From: a virus
Lineage: Duplodnaviria > Caudoviricetes
Virus record (IMG/VR): IMGVR_UViG_3300028585_000037
Span: 1-41,718 of that record
Strand: one strand, 5' to 3'
DNA: 41,718 nt
Shown: positions 26,522-34,877 of the stretch, piece after piece
How the letters are laid out: the number at the start of each line of letters is the position of its first letter
Position numbering within the stretch: the stretch's first letter is position 1
Position numbers and translations under genes: made by a program
Notes under the pieces: model-generated
Told to the model about the DNA's origin: nothing
What the model saw: only the letters and a program-made list of their open reading frames with translations
Database searches by the model: none

Positions 26522-26634
26522 GATGCGGCCTGTCGGATGGCGGCGCGCTGTCGCTCGACCGTGTATCGAAGCCAAGCTAGCTCTTGCTCAACGGTCATGT
26601 GCATTGCGCACCTCTAATTTGCGGGACGTAAACG

Positions 26635-26660
26635 AAAAAAGCCCGCCAATGGCGAGCTTT
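26635..26660 (-). terminator. Terminator downstream of the Q-like gene (tR'-like)
   Basis: AAAGCTCGCC-ATT-GGCGGGCTTTTTT at the head of the late operon. Confidence 0.65.
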
Positions 26661-26700
26661 GCTTTTCTCTGGACGTGCAAAATCGCCCAGTGCAGGCAGT

Positions 26701-27129
26701 CTACAAAAAATACAGCTGAGTTGCAACATGTTTCCGCAGCTTCTCTTCAAGTCCCTCGCGCGCGGCCGCGAGAGTGGCGCCGTAGTCCGCATTCGGAAAA
26801 CGCCATGCAGTAGCGATGCCCCGGCTTTTTTTGATGGCCCACCGGTGCAGCTGGGGCAAGCTGCTGACCATCGCATCAACCGCCTCGCCGATCTTCAGGT
26901 CGGCTGCACGTTGGGCGTCGTGAACGTTGATCTCAACTTGCGCATCACTGGCCAGCTTCATACCGCCAGTACCCAGGTCGCGATCGTTCGAGCGCATGAA
27001 GTCGACCCAGCACGCCAGCAACAACTGGTATGGGTCCGGCTTATCAAAAGCGGGGCGCGCCACGTTGTCGCGGCGAACACGACGAAGGGGCGAGCCGCTA
27101 AATATGCTGAACGAAGCAGTTGCTGACAT
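26701..27129 (-). CDS. Putative late antiterminator/activator (Q-like)
   Basis: Last gene before the late operon and a terminator; helical LL..W...VDAMVSSLP pattern; assignment mainly positional. Confidence 0.55.
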   Translation of the reverse strand: MSATASFSIFSGSPLRRVRRDNVARPAFDKPDPYQLLLACWVDFMRSNDRDLGTGGMKLASDAQVEINVHDAQRAADLKIGEAVDAMVSSLPQLHRWAIKKSRGIATAWRFPNADYGATLAAAREGLEEKLRKHVATQLYFL

Positions 27130-27154
27130 GATGTCTCCAAACGAATAATAGAGC

Positions 27155-27188
27155 CATGCTAGCATGTGCCATCAGGAAATTTCCTGAT
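27155..27188. promoter_or_regulatory. Two perfect palindromes in a divergent intergenic region
   Basis: CATGCTAGCATG (27155-27166) and ATCAGGAAATTTCCTGAT (27171-27188). Confidence 0.6.
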
Positions 27189-27248
27189 CAAAAGACGTAT
27201 TTCAGCCATCTGCATTTAACGTCGTCTGATAACAACTAGGAGAATTTT

Positions 27249-28253
27249 ATGTCTGGAATGATCATCCAGCGAGAGTTTCAACTAAGTCCGGTTGCTGATC
27301 CGTACTCAGCTCTTATAGCGCTGGTGAGGCCAATTCTTTATGGGCTCGTTTACTCCCTTAAAAGGGATGTGACGGAAGAGTTCGGAGGTGTCGAAAATAT
27401 AAAGTTGAAGATGCTGCCACGTACTCACCGGCAGGGAGACGGCGACGTCGGAATTTGCTTTGAATACGCAGTGCATGATGCTATACGCAACAAGAATCCG
27501 TTGATTATCGAACGGGTGCATGATGCATTAGCGCGACACTGCAATGTACCTGGATACGATATTGAATCAATTCTTTTCGGAGCGGAGAAAAACGGCGCTC
27601 TGCAGCTCATCGATACTGCGCACAATACTCTTACCGACGATTCCAGAATTTTGACTGGTGGCCGCCATCAGCCACCTAAGCTCAAGAGCTACCTGAAGGA
27701 ACTTTCCGATGCATTCCGTCAACGAAAAGTAAGAGAAAACTTGCCAAGTAGTATTAGCGGATTATGGAAAGCTGATCTATTCCTGGGCTATACCGACAGT
27801 GATCGGTGGGTTGGTACTACTGTAAAAATCAATCCAAGTCGACTAGAAGGCGCTCACGGCCTTCGCGTAGGCATTGTCCCGGCACACTATGGTGCCTCGG
27901 ACAAAATCTTCAAAGACGACGCCAAAAATCTAGTAGTTTGCCCGATGCCATATGACGGTTCGTTCATGCAGTATTTTTACGGCGCCTGGGGGATCGTGAT
28001 GCAGCTGATGCATTCGGATATGAACATGCCAGCCGAAGTTGCTCTCTACGATCCTCTGGATCGCCAGGTGGCTTTACAACTCACTCAACGACGCGACTTT
28101 TCTGTGCTCCAAGTGATCGAGGCTCTGGCTCCACTGGCACAGCCGTATTTGTTACAAAAATCCGAAGCACAGGCCGACGTTCAAGAAGAGCAAGCAAACA
28201 CGCAAACCGATTCCATCATCTCGCCGATTCCTGCTCTCATCACCGACCTTTGA
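27249..28253 (+). CDS. Moron encoding a putative PD-(D/E)xK-fold nuclease-like protein
   Basis: AGGAG RBS; opposite orientation, AT-richer; GICFE72 ... AD176LF ... T-V-K193 ... E200 pattern. Confidence 0.6.
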   Translation: MSGMIIQREFQLSPVADPYSALIALVRPILYGLVYSLKRDVTEEFGGVENIKLKMLPRTHRQGDGDVGICFEYAVHDAIRNKNPLIIERVHDALARHCNVPGYDIESILFGAEKNGALQLIDTAHNTLTDDSRILTGGRHQPPKLKSYLKELSDAFRQRKVRENLPSSISGLWKADLFLGYTDSDRWVGTTVKINPSRLEGAHGLRVGIVPAHYGASDKIFKDDAKNLVVCPMPYDGSFMQYFYGAWGIVMQLMHSDMNMPAEVALYDPLDRQVALQLTQRRDFSVLQVIEALAPLAQPYLLQKSEAQADVQEEQANTQTDSIISPIPALITDL

Positions 28254-28364
28254 GTACCTCTGGCGTGCTGCGAATGTTGCGACCAGCGCGCCAGAACTAA
28301 ACGTCGGTGCACCCTTGTCCGATGACTCTTGATCATCTGTAAGCCCTGTATCTACGGGCTGTGT

Positions 28365-29408
28365 TCAAAGTACCGCGCCACTTTCGCGCCGCATGAAACC
28401 GACATTTGCACCAATTTGCTCCTGCGCCCGGACGGCCAGTTCGAGGTTCTTCTCCAGGTAGCCCATCGTGGTCACCGGACTCTTGTGCCGCATGACGCGC
28501 TGGATCGTCTGCACCGGCACGCCGGCCTCGGACAGCAGGGTGGCGAACGTACCGCGCAGGCGGTGGGGCGTGATGCCCTGCAGTGCGCATGTGCCATTCG
28601 CCTTGCGCATCACCTGGCGCGCGAAACCGGACTTGAACTCGGCGCCATCCTCCTTCACCACGATCAGGCCGTGGGCCTTGCGCTGCGGCGCCAGGTGTTC
28701 GACCAGCCAGGCCGGCATCGGTACCGGCTCGGCCTCCCTGCCCTTCGTGATCCCGGGCGTGTAGGTGGCGCGCTGCCAGTCCACCCATTCCCAGCGCGCC
28801 GACGCGCACTCGCTCTCTCGCAGGCCCAGGCCGAACATCAGGCGCACCGCGGTGGCGATCGCCGGCGCGCGCTTGGCGGCATCGTCGACCGCGTCGAACC
28901 AGGGCTTGGCCACGTCCAGCGCCAGGGTCGCGCGCGGCCGCTTCTGCACCTTAAGCATGGCCACGCGCCACGGCGGCGCCGCCAGCGTGCCGCGCTTGAC
29001 CGCCCACATGGTCAGCAGCTTCAGGATCCGCAGCCAGTGGTTCGCGCTGGCCGGCTTGTGATCGTGCAGGTGCAGGTTGCGCGCCAGCTCGACGTGGGCG
29101 GTGGTGATGGCGTCGATGCGCCTGTCGCCCAGGTCGTACAGATGCAGGCGGCGGAACGTGTCGACGCTGCGGATGTGGGCGGCGCTGGCCACTGGCCGGT
29201 GCACCGCGATCCACACTTCGATCAGCTGCTCGAGGGTCGGTACCGGCTGCCCACCATTGGCTCGCACCACCGCGGCGTCGTACTCGCGCTGCGCCACCTC
29301 TTCGGCGCGCTTGCGGTTCTTCATCCTGGTGCTGCGCTGGGTGCGCACCCCGGCCACCTGGAAGCGGTAGTGCCAGGTGTCGCCCTGCTTGAAGACGTTC
29401 GCGCTCAT
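28365..29408 (-). CDS. Second tyrosine recombinase (XerC/integrase family)
   Basis: GLRESE, TKG, HRLR, RH and MGY catalytic set; N-terminal WHYRF arm-like domain; ATGA overlap with the dnaB stop. Confidence 0.92.
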   Translation of the reverse strand: MSANVFKQGDTWHYRFQVAGVRTQRSTRMKNRKRAEEVAQREYDAAVVRANGGQPVPTLEQLIEVWIAVHRPVASAAHIRSVDTFRRLHLYDLGDRRIDAITTAHVELARNLHLHDHKPASANHWLRILKLLTMWAVKRGTLAAPPWRVAMLKVQKRPRATLALDVAKPWFDAVDDAAKRAPAIATAVRLMFGLGLRESECASARWEWVDWQRATYTPGITKGREAEPVPMPAWLVEHLAPQRKAHGLIVVKEDGAEFKSGFARQVMRKANGTCALQGITPHRLRGTFATLLSEAGVPVQTIQRVMRHKSPVTTMGYLEKNLELAVRAQEQIGANVGFMRRESGAVL

Positions 29409-30766
29409 AAATGCGCCGCCAGTCCACGGGTGGCGCGGCGCTCCTTCGATTCCCGCTTGGGCGGGATCCACCCGCGCGCCATGCTCTCGAAACGTGTCTG
29501 CTCGCCGATGTACGCCAGGGCGGCCATGCCAGGCGCGCCCTGCCGGCACAGCGCCACGTTGACCTCGCAAATGCCGACGTCCGGGCTGTCCGGGTTATAG
29601 ACTTCGTCGCGATACAGGAAGATGACGGCGTCGGCATCCTGTTCGATGGCGCCGGAGTCGCGCAGGTCGGCCGGCATCGGGCGTTTGTTCGGGCGCTCCT
29701 CGAGCTTGCGATTCAACTGCGACAGCAGGATGATGCCGATGCCCAGCTCCTTGGCCAACGCCTTGAGCCCGCGCGTGATGCCCTCGATCTGGGCGTTGCG
29801 GTTGTCGCCGTCGCCGTCCATCAGTTGCAGGTAGTCGATGATCAAGAGGTCCAGGCCGCGCTTGCGTTTCACGCCCTTGGCCTTCATGCGCACGTCGAGC
29901 AGGCGCAGGCCGCCCTGGTCGTCGAGGAACAGCTTCATGCCAGTCAGCTTGATCGACGCGTGCGTGAGGCCGGCCCAGTCCGGTTCCGTCATCAGCTGCG
30001 GCTGCAGCAGGTGCGGCAGCGGAATACGGCCGAGGTGGGCCAGGTTGCGATCGTGCAGCTGCGCCTTCGGCATTTCCATCGACAGCACCAGCACGCTATG
30101 GTCCTCGGCCACGTTGCAGGCCACGTTCAGCGCAAAGCCAGTCTTGCCCATCTTCGGCCTGGCCGCCAGCACGATCAGCTCGCCCGGGCGGATCCCGCCG
30201 CTCAGCTTCGCGTCAACGTCGGGGTAGCCCGTGGAGATCGCCTTGACCAAGCCCTCGGCGCGCCGGCCGATTTCCTCGACGTGCGCGGTCAGCTCGTCGG
30301 CGGCAAGCACCGGTTCGATGCGCGTGCGCGCCAGGGCCAGCTGCTCGAGCGCGGACGATGCCTGGTCGACCATCAGGTTCGCGTCCTCCGGCGAACTGGC
30401 GGCGGCTTCGGCCACCTCACGGCCGAATCGGATCAGACCACGCTTGACCGCCTTGTCGCGCACGATCCCGGCATAGCGGCCGACGTTGGCCGCCGACGGG
30501 GTGTTCTGCGCCATCGCGTTCAGGTAGGGCAGGCAGTTACCGACTTTGTCGCGCAGCGCGTCGCCCAGCGAGATCACGTCGCAGCTGCTCCCGGCCGACA
30601 GGTTGCGCATCAGCTCGCGGAAAATCACCTGGTGGTCGGACAGGAAGAAATGCTCGGCGCGCAGGTCACCAATGCGATCGACCGCGTCGTTGTCGCGCAG
30701 CAGCGCGCCGATGACGCTTTGTTCGGCGTCGAGGTTGTGCGGCAGTGGTTTGATGTCGTTGCTCAT
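29405..30766 (-). CDS. dnaB: Replicative DNA helicase, DnaB family (phage copy)
   Basis: LPHNLDAEQSVIG, Walker A ARPKMGKT, SMEM, IDYLQL, LSQLNR and DLRDSGAIEQDAD. Confidence 0.97.
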   Translation of the reverse strand: MSNDIKPLPHNLDAEQSVIGALLRDNDAVDRIGDLRAEHFFLSDHQVIFRELMRNLSAGSSCDVISLGDALRDKVGNCLPYLNAMAQNTPSAANVGRYAGIVRDKAVKRGLIRFGREVAEAAASSPEDANLMVDQASSALEQLALARTRIEPVLAADELTAHVEEIGRRAEGLVKAISTGYPDVDAKLSGGIRPGELIVLAARPKMGKTGFALNVACNVAEDHSVLVLSMEMPKAQLHDRNLAHLGRIPLPHLLQPQLMTEPDWAGLTHASIKLTGMKLFLDDQGGLRLLDVRMKAKGVKRKRGLDLLIIDYLQLMDGDGDNRNAQIEGITRGLKALAKELGIGIILLSQLNRKLEERPNKRPMPADLRDSGAIEQDADAVIFLYRDEVYNPDSPDVGICEVNVALCRQGAPGMAALAYIGEQTRFESMARGWIPPKRESKERRATRGLAAHL

Positions 30767-31761
30767 GCTGCTTCCTTCGATTCATGAAGTTTCTGGGCTG
30801 TCTTGCCCTGCGTGGTCAGGAAGTACTCGCCGTTGGCATCGATGGCCCACAGCTTCAGGTAGTTGCCCTCGACGTACTTGCGGAATGCCGCGCGCCAGTC
30901 CTTGTACCGCTTCGCCGCACCAGTGCCGTCGGGCAGGAAGCGGCGCCGGAACTCGACCCAGGCCAACGCGGTGAAGTCCTGCGGAAGGCCGGCCTCCTGA
31001 ACGTAGCGCCACAGTGGCGCGTAGTCGCGCAGCGGCCGTTCACCCTTCGCCTCGCAGTCCTTGAGAAACGTCGACAGGACAATGGCACCAGGCTTTCGTT
31101 CGGCCGGCGCGAGGCCCCCGTCAGGGGGTTTGGGGGATTCTTTTAATTCTCCCTGTCCCTTTCCTTCTCCCTGTCCTTCTCCCTTAAGAGCGTTTTCCGT
31201 CGGATTTCCATGGCTTGAATTAGCGATTCCTTTGGAAGCAGTTATGGTTTCCGACGGAATTACCTTAACTTCCTTCGGAACGGCGCAGGATGCGATGCCC
31301 GGCTCCGGTGGAAACGGCAACTCTTCTTCGCCTGTTGCCTGCCGCTGCTTGTTGGCTTTCCGGATGCGGTCACACTCTTTGCGCCACTGGTGCATCACCT
31401 TCGCGCGCCAGCTTTCCAGCGCCTTCTCGGCGACAACCGGGTGATAGAGGCGGCCATCAGCGCATTTCACCCAGCCGTGCAGCGCACCTTCGCGCACGAC
31501 CATCCATTCGCTGACCACGCGACCGTACCCGGCAGCTTTTGCCAGGAAGCGATCGTCGTCGGGAAGAGAACCTGCCGGCACTTGGTGCCACGCCGCGCTC
31601 CAGAGCAACACCGCTGCCCAGCAGGATTCGGGCGAAACATACGCAGCCATGTCGCTGTCACGCAGGCGCGCGACATCAAGCGGCATGAAGGCGAAATCAC
31701 GCAGATCGCAGTCTGCCGGTGTGAGCGGCGCTGGAAATTTGATTGATTCGACGCTGCTCAT
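30763..31761 (-). CDS. Replication initiator (DUF1376/YdaU-like N-terminus, lambda O analogue)
   Basis: FMPLDV..L, GSLPDDD..LA and DGRLYHP; central low-complexity linker carrying iterons; coupled to dnaB. Confidence 0.82.
   Translation of the reverse strand: MSSVESIKFPAPLTPADCDLRDFAFMPLDVARLRDSDMAAYVSPESCWAAVLLWSAAWHQVPAGSLPDDDRFLAKAAGYGRVVSEWMVVREGALHGWVKCADGRLYHPVVAEKALESWRAKVMHQWRKECDRIRKANKQRQATGEEELPFPPEPGIASCAVPKEVKVIPSETITASKGIANSSHGNPTENALKGEGQGEGKGQGELKESPKPPDGGLAPAERKPGAIVLSTFLKDCEAKGERPLRDYAPLWRYVQEAGLPQDFTALAWVEFRRRFLPDGTGAAKRYKDWRAAFRKYVEGNYLKLWAIDANGEYFLTTQGKTAQKLHESKEAA
31195..31313. repeat. Replication origin iterons TTCC-N3-GGAA
   Basis: Copies at 31195, 31227, 31249, 31270 and 31303 (spacings 32/22/21/33 bp), next to a pyrimidine/purine-biased tract. 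Confidence 0.75.
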
Positions 31762-32159
31762 GCACCCACCTGACTCGCAGGGCCGTACAGCGCCGCAACC
31801 AGCGGATCTCGATAGAGGAACGCTGGCCAGCTACACACGATGGTCTGGAATGGAACGGAAACGCGCAGCTCGGCGCGCGGCAACGCTTGGGCCAGTACGA
31901 TCACGGGTGCATGCACGACGCCTGGCGCCTGGCCGTAACGCCACTGATAACAAAAGCCCTGCGAGTGTTCGCGCGGGACTCGCACGCGGTGCGCGCGGTG
32001 CTCACGCTCGAGTTGCTCCAGGCGCGGCCGCACGGCGGACGTGGTATAGCCGAGTTCGAACGCAAGCTGGTCGACCAGGCGTGGCCCGGATTGGAGGGTT
32101 GATTCAATGACCGACAGGAGCCGCTCAATCGGCACCGTTCGTTTGGCGGCGGCTGTCAT
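31758..32159 (-). CDS. Winged-HTH protein
   Basis: VDQLAFELGYTTSAVRPRLEQL helix-turn-helix; probable ATG 32159. Confidence 0.65.
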   Translation of the reverse strand: MTAAAKRTVPIERLLSVIESTLQSGPRLVDQLAFELGYTTSAVRPRLEQLEREHRAHRVRVPREHSQGFCYQWRYGQAPGVVHAPVIVLAQALPRAELRVSVPFQTIVCSWPAFLYRDPLVAALYGPASQVGA

Positions 32160-32341
32160 GGCGGCGATCCCTTCAACGCCTGAAGAGCATGCCATTCTTC
32201 GGCGGCCTGGTCGTACGCAGTCAGCCAGTCGACCAGCGCCGTGGCGCCCGGATTCATGTTGTGGGAGTCGCGGCTCTCGCCACGGTCGAACGCCGCTCGC
32301 GCCAACGCGCGGATGGTAGCGCGGGAAATGATCTGATCCAT
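32156..32341 (-). CDS. Small hypothetical protein (Rmf/CrpP-like pattern)
   Basis: 61 aa, ARAAFDRG...W..AYD; coupled to both neighbours. Confidence 0.6.
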   Translation of the reverse strand: MDQIISRATIRALARAAFDRGESRDSHNMNPGATALVDWLTAYDQAAEEWHALQALKGSPP

Positions 32342-32517
32342 TATCGTGTCTCCTGCGTGTCGATAGCCTCGCGCAACTTTTGGCGCGCCTGGTATTCGGC
32401 GCGCTTGGTGTTGTCGTTCCTGTGGGCGATCGCTTTCTTTTCGCAGGCGCGCCAATTCCGCGCCTGGTGCGCGATCTTTTCTTCCGGCGTCGCTTTCCGG
32501 TTTTGGTCGTCTTTCAT
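32341..32517 (-). CDS. Small hypothetical helical protein
   Basis: 58 aa from ATG 32517 after AGGAAAG; TAATG coupling to the next gene. Confidence 0.6.
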   Translation of the reverse strand: MKDDQNRKATPEEKIAHQARNWRACEKKAIAHRNDNTKRAEYQARQKLREAIDTQETR

Positions 32518-32576
32518 GAGGTCTTTCCTGTCAATCTGGTGTGGCCCAGGCGTGGGCAAGCGGTTTGAAGTCGCCT

Positions 32577-32858
32577 TTAAAGACGCCGGTGAAAACTCCC
32601 CGCTGCAACGGCGCGGCCGGGGAAGCGCTGAACATGGCCATGACGTGGCCATTCGCCCCGGCGCCGGGCCGGGGTAGGATTCGCTGCTGGGGTTGCTGCA
32701 GCGCGCATGTGCGCAAATGCGGCCTGGCGGACGAACGGCGCCACGTGCTGCCCGATGCTGGCGCAGAACTGGCGCAGGGCCAGATCCTCGGTTTCGTTGA
32801 GGGGCACCTTCAGCGTGTTCTCGCGCTTCGGGTTCGGCTTCTGGGTCGGGTGGTTCAT
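32577..32858 (-). CDS. Ribbon-helix-helix-like regulator in the cII position
   Basis: TLKVPLNETE..L..FC..G..VAPFVR; AGGAG RBS before ATG 32858. Confidence 0.6.
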   Translation of the reverse strand: MNHPTQKPNPKRENTLKVPLNETEDLALRQFCASIGQHVAPFVRQAAFAHMRAAATPAANPTPARRRGEWPRHGHVQRFPGRAVAAGSFHRRL

Positions 32859-32951
32859 CGTGCTCTCCTGGTGGTGCGGTGTTTCAGGGTGGTGGTGAAT
32901 GGCAGGCAAGGTCCCCAGGGCAACTTGTCGACCACAAAAAAACCGTAGGGG

Positions 32952-33158
32952 TTACTGCGGCTGGGGTGCCGGCGGCGAGCCGCACAAATCGGCGTGCAAC
33001 GCCAAAAGGCGGCTACCGATAACCATTGAGGGGCGAGCGCCACGCTTGCCGTGACGGAAGGCGTTGATCGTCGACTGGCTGCAAGGCACTAAGTCAGCAA
33101 GCTGCTGCTCGGTCAGGCCAGTCCCTAGCAATTCGGTTGTCATTTTTTGGAAGTCCAT
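32952..33158 (-). CDS. cro: Cro-like HTH protein
   Basis: LTEQQLADLVPCSQSTINAFRHG HTH; divergent from cI. Confidence 0.85.
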   Translation of the reverse strand: MDFQKMTTELLGTGLTEQQLADLVPCSQSTINAFRHGKRGARPSMVIGSRLLALHADLCGSPPAPQPQ

Positions 33159-33164
33159 ACCGCT

Positions 33165-33230
33165 ACGTTATCACGTTCGTGTTTGAGTAGTCAACACCAA
33201 TGTGTTTAAGATGTGTATTACATTCGTGAT
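33165..33230. promoter_or_regulatory. OR operators with PR and PRM
   Basis: 15-bp operators at 33170, 33193 and 33216 (23-bp period; consensus ATCACG-N3-GTGTTT); minus-strand TTGACT..TGaTAACGT; plus-strand TACATT 6 nt before the cI ATG. Confidence 0.8.
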
Positions 33231-33947
33231 ATGAAAACATTGGCTGAAAGAATTACTAAATCGCGCGAGCGCAAGGGGCTGACGCAAGAAGCGCTGGCAA
33301 AATTGGCTGGCGTATCGCAAAGCACTATCGGCAACCTAGAGTCCGGGACGCGCCTAACTGCACGAAAAATTGTTGAGATTGCCGCAGCGCTCGATGTAGC
33401 CCCCGCATGGCTCGCTACAGGCGTCGGCGCAATGGCGCTCGACTCAAGCGCGAGCGCAACGGCGAATGAGGCGCTTGCACTGATGCCTGGCGCCCGGCTC
33501 GTGCACGCATCAGGTCCGGACGACTCGACCATGACGCAGATCATGAAAGTGAAAATTAGGGTCCAGGCCGGGATCACCGGGTTCCAGGTCGAGCCGGAAT
33601 ATCACGATGGCGAAACGCAGGGCGTGCCGACGAAATGGGTTTTGCAGGAGGGTCTGCGCCGGGACGCACTGGTTGCGACCGTGGTGCGTGGTGAGAGCAT
33701 GGAGCCGGCGCTGTACGATGGTGACACCGTTGTCGTCAACACGGCTGATAAAACGCTCGTGTCAGGCTCGGTGTACGTGGTCAATTACGAGGGTGAGGCG
33801 GTGGTGAAGCGCCTGCTGCGCGATGCCGGCCAGTGGTGGCTCACATCGGATAACTTGGATCAGCGGAAATACCACCGGCAGTTATGCAAAGGGGCCGATT
33901 GTATTGTTATCGGCAAGGTAATCAGAAAAGAAAGTTCGCATATTTAA
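33231..33947 (+). CDS. cI: CI-like repressor (XRE HTH plus S24 autopeptidase)
   Basis: LTQEALAKLAGVSQSTIGNLESG HTH; QAG cleavage site, GESM Ser and VKRL Lys; probable ATG 33231. Confidence 0.95.
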   Translation: MKTLAERITKSRERKGLTQEALAKLAGVSQSTIGNLESGTRLTARKIVEIAAALDVAPAWLATGVGAMALDSSASATANEALALMPGARLVHASGPDDSTMTQIMKVKIRVQAGITGFQVEPEYHDGETQGVPTKWVLQEGLRRDALVATVVRGESMEPALYDGDTVVVNTADKTLVSGSVYVVNYEGEAVVKRLLRDAGQWWLTSDNLDQRKYHRQLCKGADCIVIGKVIRKESSHI

Positions 33948-33985
33948 TGCGAATTAGATTCCCAATATAGTCATCGGGGTTTGAA

Positions 33986-34459
33986 TTGGATAAAACTGTT
34001 ATTTACTTCGGCGCGGCTGTCGTGACTGGGATCATCGCAAGCGCAACATACAATATTAAGTACGATGACTGGATTGCAATCCCCAAGGCCCGCGAGGCAA
34101 TTCAGGCTCAATTGCGAGACCCAGGCAGCGCTCAGTTTCGAAATGAGCGCCTCACCAAGAACCGGACGCTATGCGGCGAGGTCAACTCGAAGAACGGGAT
34201 GGGCGGCTACACCGGATTTGAAAAATACTTTACTACCGGGAGTGTTAGCTACCTAGAGAAATCCGGCTCTCTTAATAAAGAGACGCACGAAGAATTCATG
34301 CTGCGGATGGATGCCAAGATAGCGCTTCTGAAATCCTATAATCAGATCAAGGAGGCTCATCCAGATATATCTATGCCGTCTGAAAGCAGGATTGATGAGC
34401 AAGCAGCGGAAGAGGTCATCAAGGACAAGTTCCGCGAGGCGTGCGGCATCGATATTTGA
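33986..34459 (+). CDS. Membrane-anchored periplasmic protein downstream of cI
   Basis: N-terminal TM; LRDPGSAQF..CGEVNSKN..GGYTG motif; AT-richer. Confidence 0.75.
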   Translation: MDKTVIYFGAAVVTGIIASATYNIKYDDWIAIPKAREAIQAQLRDPGSAQFRNERLTKNRTLCGEVNSKNGMGGYTGFEKYFTTGSVSYLEKSGSLNKETHEEFMLRMDAKIALLKSYNQIKEAHPDISMPSESRIDEQAAEEVIKDKFREACGIDI

Positions 34460-34538
34460 TTTACCGGCAATGCTTAAGCGCTACGACGCGCCTGGATGCC
34501 TAGATTTGCTTTAAGACGTTCCATATTCCCCCCCCTCA

Positions 34539-34562
34539 CCCGCCTAGCGCGGGATTTTTTTT
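34539..34562 (+). terminator. Terminator of the cI transcript
   Basis: CCCGC-CTAGC-GCGGG-A followed by a T run. Confidence 0.65.
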
Positions 34563-34631
34563 GCCTGTAGCTCAGGCCTGCCGCCCGAAGTTCGTCGGCA
34601 GGACCAAGTTTATCAGAACCACAGAAAATAA

Positions 34632-34673
34632 ATCACGAATGTGTTTGACAGCTTTAAACACATACGTGATAAT
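34632..34673 (+). promoter_or_regulatory. PL-type early promoter with two OL operators
   Basis: TTGACA (34645-34650), 17 bp, GATAAT (34668-34673); operators ATCACGAATGTGTTT (34632) and AAACACATACGTGAT (34656) match the OR consensus. Confidence 0.9.
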
Positions 34674-34727
34674 TAACTCCATCGCAAACGAGCTCAGCAT
34701 CCGCCGAGCCGCCGACTGGAGACCAGT

Positions 34728-34877
34728 ATGAAACCGTTCCTCATTACCGCTCGTACCTCAACCGTCTGCCTCACCTTCAGCGCGCTGGCGCGCACCAGCG
34801 CTGAAGCTGCTGAACTGACGGTAGCCCTGCTGGGCGACCAGCCATGCGGCGTCACCGTGGTCGCAGGGGCGCGCTGA
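34728..34877 (+). CDS. 49-aa first gene of the early operon (not in the ORF track)
   Basis: GGAG RBS; MKPFLITARTSTVCLTFSALARTSAEAAELTVALLGDQPCGVTVVAGAR; TGATG coupling to the next ORF. Confidence 0.7.
   Translation: MKPFLITARTSTVCLTFSALARTSAEAAELTVALLGDQPCGVTVVAGAR

Noticed and set aside
28329-30787. 423-aa and 458-aa plus-strand ORFs
   Set aside because: Antisense shadows of the recombinase and dnaB
34528-34535. C8 homopolymer as a phase-variation tract
   Set aside because: Intergenic, next to a terminator, not in a promoter spacer or CDS
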